A stretch of 64,000 nt of DNA from Dudresnaya verticillata (lineage: Eukaryota), in the NCBI GenBank assembly GCA_977862235.1, contig OZ374565.1, forward strand, positions 2,418,001 through 2,482,000, in the 5' to 3' direction. Both the position numbers and the translations under genes were made by a program. Under the pieces are notes generated by a model, which worked only from the letters and a program-made list of their open reading frames with translations, made no database searches and had not been told where the DNA came from. Of this stretch, positions 1 to 7,938 are shown piece by piece. Within the stretch, counting starts at the first letter, position 1. Each line of letters begins with the position of its first letter.

Positions 1-740
1 ATTGGATTTAGGGACATAGAATTGGATTAGATTTAGTACCCAGAAGATTGGATCAAGGATCACCACAATCGGATCAAGTCTGGTGGCTGGGGTGAGGGTG
101 GCTTGGACGTTTGTGCTCATAACTTTGGAACGGCTGGGGCTAGGGAGCTGCTCAGTAGCTGAATCGAAGCGTCTCGTTGCTGCGCATTGCGTAGCGCTCT
201 TACCCTCCTAAATCGACTTTTTGGCGCGTTTCTATGGTGCAAAACGTCCCCACGGGCCGTCGGCAGCTTTTGAGCAGATCAAATAGGGGTTTGGGGCATG
301 TATGGTTATGGGTGGGTTTAGGGGTGTTAGGGATGTGTCATTTTAACGCGTTTAGGAGTGTAGGGAGTGGGAATGAAAGTAGTAAGGATGAGGAAATGGA
401 AAGGGAAGGATGAGAAAGTATAGTACAATGCAGTAATACAAATCACGGAATGCATCAGGTTGGGATCCAATAAGGGTGGATGGATTGGATCAACGGAAGT
501 CAAGGCGTTATAGGATTGGATCTAGGGGCTCTGTAAATTAGATTGGGTGCTGGTTTCATTGAACCAAGGGGTCAGAACGTCCATGAGCTGGTTGACTGTA
601 TTTATATTGAATCCTGCGTTTAGAGTAAATGGTATACGGTTATGGGTCATTACTTTAATGCTCCACGTGTACACTACAGTCGGATGGACATTGGACGCAG
701 GAGTCTTTAGTCGATGACGGGGAGTGCAGTTGATGGCGCA

Positions 741-748
741 TTTAAATA
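741..748 (+). promoter_or_regulatory. TATA-like element upstream of the 5S gene (present upstream of every 5S 5' end)
   Basis: TTTAAATA at -31 to -24 relative to the 5S start at 772, the usual position for upstream TATA-like motifs of 5S genes. Confidence 0.65.
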
Positions 749-771
749 GGGGTACGGCGGGAACAGCAAGC

Positions 772-892
772 ACATTCGGCCATACTACGCAGACATGCTC
801 CGTATCCCATCCCGAACTGCGAAGATAAGTCTCGTCAGGCTGGTTTAGTACTGAGGTGAGGGATCACTCTGGAATCGCCAGTGCCGAATGTT
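772..892 (+). rRNA. 5S rRNA gene, intact
   Basis: About 121 nt. 5' ACATTCGGC pairs with 3' GCCGAATGT (helix I). Conserved eukaryotic 5S motifs GGCCATAC, ATCCCATCCCGAACT, GAAG-TAAG, TTAGTACT and GTGA-GGGA-TCAC (GNRA loop D). Followed by a T-run. Confidence 0.96.
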
Positions 893-903
893 TTTATTTT
901 TTT
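891..903 (+). terminator. Pol III terminator (present after every 5S 3' end)
   Basis: TTTTTATTTTTTT at the 5S 3' end. Confidence 0.85.
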
Positions 904-1980
904 GCACCTCATTCCTTCCTCCCCGCCGCCCTCTGCGTACATTGCTGCCTTGCATACCTCTCCCACAGAATCCCCGACCCACTGCCTCTGTACAGCGTAT
1001 TCTTTTCACTCGCACTTTTCCCCTTTTCTTGTAAGTGGGAGGGAGTCTGAGAGTGTTTGCAGGTGTCTAGGGGTTGTTTAGGGTTAGGTCTAGGGTTAGT
1101 TTGGTTACTGTGGTACGCGAGGGGCATGATATTGGGAGGGTAAAGGGTCTAGTGTTGGTGCATGGAATGAATCATGGTGGTGGAAGGAATGGATCAGTGT
1201 GGTGGATGAATTGGATTTAGGGACATAGAATTGGATTAGATTTAGTACCCAGAAGATTGGATCAAGGATCACCACAATCGGATCAAGTCTGGTGGCTGGG
1301 GTGAGGGTGGCTTGGACGTTTGTGCTCATAACTTTGGAACGGCTGGGGCTAGGGAGCTGCTCAGTAGCTGAATCGAAGCGTCTCGTTGCTGCGCATTGCG
1401 TAGCGCTCTTACCCTCCTAAATCGACTTTTTGGCGCGTTTCTATGGTGCAAAACGTCCCCACGGGCCGTCGGCAGCTTTTGAGCAGATCAAATAGGGGTT
1501 TGGGGCATGTATGGTTATGGGTGGGTTTAGGGGTGTTAGGGATGTGTCATTTTAACGCGTTTAGGAGTGTAGGGAGTGGGAATGAAAGTAGTAAGGATGA
1601 GGAAATGGAAAGGGAAGGATGAGAAAGTATAGTACAATGCAGTAATACAAATCACGGAATGCATCAGGTTGGGATCCAATAAGGGTGGATGGATTGGATC
1701 AACGGAAGTCAAGGCGTTATAGGATTGGATCTAGGGGCTCTGTAAATTAGATTGGGTGCTGGTTTCATTGAACCAAGGGGTCAGAACGTCCATGAGCTGG
1801 TTGACTGTATTTATATTGAATCCTGCGTTTAGAGTAAATGGTATACGGTTATGGGTCATTACTTTAATGCTCCACGTGTACACTACAGTCGGATGGACAT
1901 TGGACGCAGGAGTCTTTAGTCGATGACGGGGAGTGCAGTTGATGGCGCATTTAAATAGGGGTACGGCGGGAACAGCAAGC

Positions 1981-2101
1981 ACATTCGGCCATACTACGCA
2001 GACATGCTCCGTATCCCATCCCGAACTGCGAAGATAAGTCTCGTCAGGCTGGTTTAGTACTGAGGTGAGGGATCACTCTGGAATCGCCAGTGCCGAATGT
2101 T
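1981..2101 (+). rRNA. 5S rRNA gene, intact
   Basis: Identical to 772-892. Confidence 0.96.
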
Positions 2102-3189
2102 TTTATTTTTTTGCACCTCATTCCTTCCTCCCCGCCGCCCTCTGCGTACATTGCTGCCTTGCATACCTCTCCCACAGAATCCCCGACCCACTGCCTCTGT
2201 ACAGCGTATTCTTTTCACTCGCACTTTTCCCCTTTTCTTGTAAGTGGGAGGGAGTCTGAGAGTGTTTGCAGGTGTCTAGGGGTTGTTTAGGGTTAGGTCT
2301 AGGGTTAGTTTGGTTACTGTGGTACGCGAGGGGCATGATATTGGGAGGGTAAAGGGTCTAGTGTTGGTGCATGGAATGAATCATGGTGGTGGAAGGAATG
2401 GATCAGTGTGGTGGATGAATTGGATTTAGGGACATAGAATTGGATTAGATTTAGTACCCAGAAGATTGGATCAAGGATCACCACAATCGGATCAAGTCTG
2501 GTGGCTGGGGTGAGGGTGGCTTGGACGTTTGTGCTCATAACTTTGGAACGGCTGGGGCTAGGGAGCTGCTCAGTAGCTGAATCGAAGCGTCTCGTTGCTG
2601 CGCATTGCGTAGCGCTCTTACCCTCCTAAATCGACTTTTTGGCGCGTTTCTATGGTGCAAAACGTCCCCACGGGCCGTCGGCAGCTTTTGAGCAGATCAA
2701 ATAGGGGTTTGGGGCATGTATGGTTATGGGTGGGTTTAGGGGTGTTAGGGATGTGTCATTTTAACGCGTTTAGGAGTGTAGGGAGTGGGAATGAAAGTAG
2801 TAAGGATGAGGAAATGGAAAGGGAAGGATGAGAAAGTATAGTACAATGCAGTAATACAAATCACGGAATGCATCAGGTTGGGATCCAATAAGGGTGGATG
2901 GATTGGATCAACGGAAGTCAAGGCGTTATAGGATTGGATCTAGGGGCTCTGTAAATTAGATTGGGTGCTGGTTTCATTGAACCAAGGGGTCAGAACGTCC
3001 ATGAGCTGGTTGACTGTATTTATATTGAATCCTGCGTTTAGAGTAAATGGTATACGGTTATGGGTCATTACTTTAATGCTCCACGTGTACACTACAGTCG
3101 GATGGACATTGGACGCAGGAGTCTTTAGTCGATGACGGGGAGTGCAGTTGATGGCGCATTTAAATAGGGGTACGGCGGGAACAGCAAGC

Positions 3190-3278
3190 ACATTCGGCCA
3201 TACTACGCAGACATGCTCCGTATCCCATCCCGAACTGCGAAGATAAGTCTCGTCAGGCTGGTTTAGTACTGAGGTGAG
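3190..3278 (+). pseudogene. 5S rRNA 5' part (nt 1-89), interrupted by E1+E2
   Basis: 5S sequence stops after TAGTACTGAGGTGAG; element sequence TTCAACTTT follows. Confidence 0.95.
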
Positions 3279-3379
3279 TTCAACTTTATAACAGGTGACC
3301 ATATTCTAATATTTGTCGACGTACAATCTACTGTAGTATCACAACAAAGTTAAACCCCAACTCAAAACAACTTGCACAT

Positions 3380-6300
3380 CTACACCTCCTGTTGGATCCC
3401 TTCCATCAGGCACTTGACGTTGTTCTGCACCAGTCGCGCCGCGTGCCTGTGGAATAGAGCCGCTCGCGAAACACCGCGAGTTACCATGGCCCGAGAAGCC
3501 ACAGTATCCGCCAACTCTTGCATGTACTTGTGCGCCTCCGGGTGCCAGCCACCTAGTGTGGTCATCGGCACCGGCACAAGTCTTGCCCCCGGTCCGGCAG
3601 CCTGGATGAAGCCACGGTAAGTCCGCACCTTGTCAGCGTGGGCGTTCTTCAGCGTCCCTTGCGGGTTTGTTATGCAGCTGAGAATGCGTTGTTCTGACGA
3701 CAGTGGATGACTGATTGTGACGTCCAGGTAGTCCGTTCCTCCTTCTGTTCCAAGCGCCTTGATGTCCGGCCGATCCAGGTGAGCCCCCACAGGGCGGGGC
3801 TCCACAATCGGGGTGCGTGTCGCACGTTTCAGATCCGAAGCCAGCAGACGAACCTGAGAGTCGTGGCGCCACGACCGAGGAGATCCGCTGTTCCGCATGC
3901 CGTTCGGACAAATCAGCAGATGGTCGCCGTGAACATCCATCTTCTTCTTGCACCCGGCCCGAGGACACTCCGTGTCGGGTTCCAGCAGTGGAATCCGACA
4001 GTAGAATCGAAGCCATACGCGGTAGTCCCGATCCGCAATGTACGTCTTCATGCCTGGTGCCGGCTGGCACTTGAGCCAGTCCTTGGCGCCCGGCACGCCA
4101 AGGGAAGCTCGGAAAGCTTGAGTCCGCCTGTCCCCGAGCGGCAGCTCGGCCTGCACCTTCTTCAGTACCAACTGCGTCAAGTCCCGCTGGCGCGGGCACT
4201 CGTCGCTGTCGATCTTCTCCAGGTCCAGGGCATCCTCACTATGGCACTTGGCGCTCCAGTCTTCGTGCGCTTCTACTGCAAAAGGATCGTCAGAAAGAGC
4301 AGTGTTCACAGAAGCGGGTAAGATAGAACGCAGTAAGTTGCGGGTCAGTGAAAGGGACGCCAAAAACGCGCTCGAGTTCATGTCGCCAGCTCCCGAAATA
4401 CCGATTCCGAAGCTGGGCTCTTTCGTGCGCAGGGGAAGCTGAAGTTCGCGGAAGGTGTCCCTCGGTAGGACTCCTCCCACGAGCTTGCGCATGCAAGCCT
4501 CAATCTTCTGGTCGAAGAGCTCGGCGCCCTTCGCCGTGGCGGATGATGGAACTACTCGCAGCAGGTAGTTCAGCCGGCAGACTCCGGCACAGTTGCGGAG
4601 TAGAGTGATGGCCACGTGTAGGTCTTCTAGTCCCGAAATTGCGTCCAGCAGGGGCTGGATGGACTCGACATGGCCATTCACGCTCTCCTCCATGTAGTTC
4701 TGCGTTCCAATCGGAGCCTGAAGTACTGTAGTGCCTTCTCCGTAGCTCTGCCCAAGATCCGACGGGTAGGCAGCGCAGTCTTCTGGGTCGGGTGCAGTAG
4801 GCCACCAAACAGTACACTTGTCCATGCGCAGGTGGAAGCCATAGCCCTTAGCTTCCTCGGAGTCAAAGAAGGACAGAACCTTCCTGAGTACGGCGTGTTT
4901 CGCCACGATGACGCCGTCGTCCAGGTAGAACAGTGACAGCAGCAAGTTGTTCGCCCCCTCCGCTTGCTGATTGCGGCCCGAGCGCCGCAGGTCGGCGGTG
5001 AGTTCCTTCAACTGTTTGATCAGTGCCTGCAGCACCAAAGCAAACAGTAACGGCCCGAGCGGGTCACCTTGCTGTACACCAGTGACACTCCGCAGTAGAG
5101 TGTCACCCATCCACAGGTGCGGGCCCTCAGAGTCATAACAGTATCTGACCCACGGTAGTAGTTCAGGCATATGTCGGCGGACCTCCTTCATGAATGCTTT
5201 GCGGCTGACAAGGTTGAAGGCATTCTTCAAGTCCACTTGTAGCAACCCGTAGGACTTGTCATGGCCGTGAGACTTCTGCAGCTTCCGGACCGCGTGTACA
5301 ATGGCTTCTGTGCCGCCCGAGGTTGCGACCCCGAGCTGAAGCGGTTCGAGGTATGCCTTGGCCTTGGGAGCGACTCTGGTCATGAGCATAGAGCTCACGA
5401 GTCGTCGGATTGTCTCTCCTACAGCAATGGGGCGGACACCGCCGGTGCGCTTCTTCAGAGCCGTGAGAGGAGCGCTGGCAATCCAAGGCGACAGCTCCGC
5501 AGGTCCTGCGCCGCTGGCCAGCACGTTGACCATTTTGGTGAGCCCGCCAAGCAGGCCCGTGTGCTCGTGAGTGGTCGGGACTGAGAGCAGTTCCTGCAGA
5601 TGGGTCGGTGATAGTCCTGTGCCCCCCGAGGCCGAAGCCCGGGGGAACTTGGCAACTGCTTTTCGTACTTCGTCGGCTGTGAAAGGCACGAAGTCAGGGA
5701 TGGTCGGCAGCGGTTCGGACTGGTCAAGCTCGTGGTCCGCGTCGGTTTGCGGTACGGACTGTGGGTGCTTGTCCTTCATGGACTGTATCACAGAGTCTGT
5801 GGCTGGCGCGATTCCATCAGAGTCTAGAGCTGCTGCTGCCTTACTGTAGGCGCCCTCCTTTGCGAGGCGAAGGGCTCGTGAGGCGTTGATACGGCGTTGC
5901 TCTTCTGCGGAAGGCGCAGTCTGCTCACGGAATGTCGAGCCCTTCAAGGCCTCCTGCCATAGGGCGTCGTAATCCTTGAGTCCCCAGCGGCGGATTCGAT
6001 CGCGGAAGGTGCCGATCGAGGACGCAGAGGTTGACGCGCCGGCCCTTGCACTCGCCGCGGGAGGATTGGACAAGACGGCTGCTGGAAAAAGCAGGAATGC
6101 AGTGAGCTCTTTGGTGGCTTCCTGAGAGTTGTTTGCGTTCGTAAAAGCCCATACCGTCTTGGACAGTGCGTCGCGCACCTCTGCGCGGACGCGAGACGGT
6201 ATATGTGTGACCATAGGGATATGCGAGCGACAGATATCTTCGACCGCCGGCAGAAGCTGCCCTCCTGGACCCCGCGCAGCGTGTCGGGTTTGCGCAGTTG

Positions 6301-6868
6301 GTACCACTTGAGTAGCTGGTACCGGTGCAGGAGGCGGCTCCTGGCTGTCCGGGATTCGTCGCGGGGCTGGCAGGATATCGTCCGCCGGCTCGCCGTCCTC
6401 GGGTTGCGTCTCCGTGACCGCGTCCAGAGCAGGAGTCTGTGATGGCGCGGCTACAGTTTCTTCACGGCTCGGTGTCGTCAATTGGTTGGACGGGACGTGG
6501 GAGAACGCCGGAGTGCGAGTGGCGGGACATGCGCTGCAATTCTTGTACCGCATACTGTACATGCCTTCACTGTTCATGCGGGAGCTACAGTGGGTAGGCA
6601 TGTACTTGTTGTGAGTCACACAGTACCATACTCCATAGTCCAGGAGCTGCTGCTTGAGAGGCTCGATGTCGGTCCTCGTCGGTGGTCCTCGCCTGCCAGG
6701 AACATGCATCTTCCGCAGGTGCATGAGTAGCGCTTCTACAGTAGGCAGTGAGGACGACTGGCAGCCCAGAGGACAGCTGGTACTGTTTGTCGGGCGGTGT
6801 TTTGCCGAAGGCATAAAGCATGGAGAGAGCCATACCTTCGGCATGTCGGGGTGCTGCTGACCAATCAT
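3380..6868 (-). CDS. Retrotransposon protein, 1162 aa: C2H2 ZnF, reverse transcriptase, CCHC knuckle, restriction-like endonuclease
   Basis: C-x3-C-x13-H-x4-H at aa 32-55; RT motifs GVRPIAVGETIRRL, QLGV, DLKNAFN, GVQQGDPLGPLLF, YLDD; CPRAGC...HLLIC knuckle; RHD...E...RPDI...YLDVTI endonuclease. Confidence 0.95.
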   Translation of the reverse strand: MIGQQHPDMPKVWLSPCFMPSAKHRPTNSTSCPLGCQSSSLPTVEALLMHLRKMHVPGRRGPPTRTDIEPLKQQLLDYGVWYCVTHNKYMPTHCSSRMNSEGMYSMRYKNCSACPATRTPAFSHVPSNQLTTPSREETVAAPSQTPALDAVTETQPEDGEPADDILPAPRRIPDSQEPPPAPVPATQVVPTAQTRHAARGPGGQLLPAVEDICRSHIPMVTHIPSRVRAEVRDALSKTVWAFTNANNSQEATKELTAFLLFPAAVLSNPPAASARAGASTSASSIGTFRDRIRRWGLKDYDALWQEALKGSTFREQTAPSAEEQRRINASRALRLAKEGAYSKAAAALDSDGIAPATDSVIQSMKDKHPQSVPQTDADHELDQSEPLPTIPDFVPFTADEVRKAVAKFPRASASGGTGLSPTHLQELLSVPTTHEHTGLLGGLTKMVNVLASGAGPAELSPWIASAPLTALKKRTGGVRPIAVGETIRRLVSSMLMTRVAPKAKAYLEPLQLGVATSGGTEAIVHAVRKLQKSHGHDKSYGLLQVDLKNAFNLVSRKAFMKEVRRHMPELLPWVRYCYDSEGPHLWMGDTLLRSVTGVQQGDPLGPLLFALVLQALIKQLKELTADLRRSGRNQQAEGANNLLLSLFYLDDGVIVAKHAVLRKVLSFFDSEEAKGYGFHLRMDKCTVWWPTAPDPEDCAAYPSDLGQSYGEGTTVLQAPIGTQNYMEESVNGHVESIQPLLDAISGLEDLHVAITLLRNCAGVCRLNYLLRVVPSSATAKGAELFDQKIEACMRKLVGGVLPRDTFRELQLPLRTKEPSFGIGISGAGDMNSSAFLASLSLTRNLLRSILPASVNTALSDDPFAVEAHEDWSAKCHSEDALDLEKIDSDECPRQRDLTQLVLKKVQAELPLGDRRTQAFRASLGVPGAKDWLKCQPAPGMKTYIADRDYRVWLRFYCRIPLLEPDTECPRAGCKKKMDVHGDHLLICPNGMRNSGSPRSWRHDSQVRLLASDLKRATRTPIVEPRPVGAHLDRPDIKALGTEGGTDYLDVTISHPLSSEQRILSCITNPQGTLKNAHADKVRTYRGFIQAAGPGARLVPVPMTTLGGWHPEAHKYMQELADTVASRAMVTRGVSRAALFHRHAARLVQNNVKCLMEGIQQEV

Positions 6869-7542
6869 GGTTACAGCGCTGGGTAAGGTACCTGTAAAGG
6901 TCCTCTACAGTAGGTTCCCACGGGGCACAGACCTCCTAACCGGGACGCAAGCCTGTCGTCCGTCGTCAGTCTGTTCGGGACACCTCCAGAGGGTGCTACA
7001 GGTGGCCTTGCTGCGAGATGAAGGCCTCTTCGCAGCGTAGGGCGCGAGATCGCGCAATTTGCGCACGAGCTCGCGCAAAAGGGCGCGCGTGTTAGCGTTC
7101 GTGCGCGTAGACTTATCGGACGTTCCCTTCCCTGCCGCAGCTGAGAAGACTCTCTTCACTGCGGTCCTGTAACGCGCGGTACTTCTCGTTTGCACAAGCT
7201 CTCAATGGGGTCGCAGAACCACCGTTTACCTGTGAGTGCCCACAGGATTTTTGGCCTCCCCCGAAGGTTCGCTGGCAGGACGTTCGCTCGATCTTAGAAG
7301 GGGTGGTTTCAAAACAGGATCCACCAGGCTTAAGCCACGTTACCCCAACTTCGACGTTGCTTGGCACGTTTCTGCGATGAGCTTGTGGGTCACGAGCCGC
7401 CTACCACTCAAGGTCGAGGGTCTTTGGCGATTCCCACACTTGTAGGTCTCTCGGCACTTCCCGAAGGAAGATTTTACAGGACAAGCCTGGCCTTTACCAA
7501 TCTGTCAGTTGAAGGGTGTGAAACCCCTCTGTCGACAGTCCA

Positions 7543-7573
7543 CGGCAGCCTAGACAGAGTCTAGGCTGTGCCG
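7543..7573 (-). other. Strong hairpin in element 5' UTR (all copies retaining the 5' UTR)
   Basis: Perfect 10-bp inverted repeat CAGCCTAGAC-AGA-GTCTAGGCTG, extended by CGG/CCG after a 2-nt bulge. Confidence 0.7.
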
Positions 7574-7608
7574 GGTACAAGCAAAACGCGTACAGGGCCA
7601 GGGAAAGA

Positions 7609-7654
7609 AAGATAAGTCAGTGGGGCCCGGGCAAATTTCAAGGTGAGGGATCAC
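7609..7654 (+). promoter_or_regulatory. 5S internal control region mimic (Box A / IE / Box C) in the element 5' UTR
   Basis: AAGATAAGTC = 5S nt 51-60 and AGGTGAGGGATCAC = 5S nt 83-96, separated by 22 nt in both; GG of 5S nt 71-72 is also retained. Confidence 0.75.
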
Positions 7655-7688
7655 CTTAAAAGTAAGCGCAAAATAGGAAACGCGTGAC

Positions 7689-7740
7689 CGTCGGCGACGA
7701 CGGCGGCGGCGACGGCGGCGACGACGACGGCGTCGCGGCG
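7689..7740. repeat. GC-rich GAC/GGC trinucleotide tract in the element 5' UTR
   Basis: CGTCGGCGACGACGGCGGCGGCGACGGCGGCGACGACGACGGCGTCGCGGCG; present in the nine complete full-length copies (one SNP in E3). Confidence 0.8.
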
Positions 7741-7938
7741 CAGATCGGCGGCGCGGAAAGAGACAAAAGTAGACCGCGCTCGCCCGCCCGCGAAGGTGAA
7801 GGGCTGAAAAACCCCGCACCGACGCGCCGTCGCGCGCTCGAACAGGCGGCACCGCCGCCGAAAAGATCGGTGCAGAGCTTGTTGAGATATCCGCGAAACA
7901 AAAATTTCGGCAGATCGCTGAGGGAGTACTGAGGTGAG

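Larger units (their letters stand above)
1..3278 (+). repeat. 5S rDNA tandem array, 1209-bp unit (block 1)
   Basis: Sequence and ORF track recur with an exact 1209-bp period (522/1731/2940); each unit contains one 5S gene. Confidence 0.97.
3279..7918 (-). mobile_element. E1: full-length RLE-type (CRE-like) non-LTR retrotransposon, 5S-specific
   Basis: Single RT+RLE ORF, no LTRs; 14-bp target duplication AGTACTGAGGTGAG (3265-3278 and 7925-7938). Confidence 0.93.

Noticed and set aside
522..1329. Short ORFs (64-83 aa) recurring in each 1209-bp unit
   Set aside because: No recognisable motifs; they overlap the 5S gene or spacer on both strands and recur only because the DNA is repeated.
904..1980. 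Spliced-leader or snRNA gene in the spacer (usual CRE target, often 5S-linked)
   Set aside because: I could not recognise one by eye and every insertion is inside 5S itself; an Rfam scan would be needed to exclude it.
3372..6860. Many 60-204 aa ORFs overlapping the retrotransposon ORF
   Set aside because: Alternate-frame or antisense shadows of a GC-rich coding sequence.
3279..7918. Group II intron, retron, or LTR/Cassandra-type element
   Set aside because: No GUGYG/AY intron ends, no LTRs, gag or integrase; 5' truncations, target duplications and CCHC+RLE indicate a non-LTR element. The 5S similarity is limited to promoter boxes.
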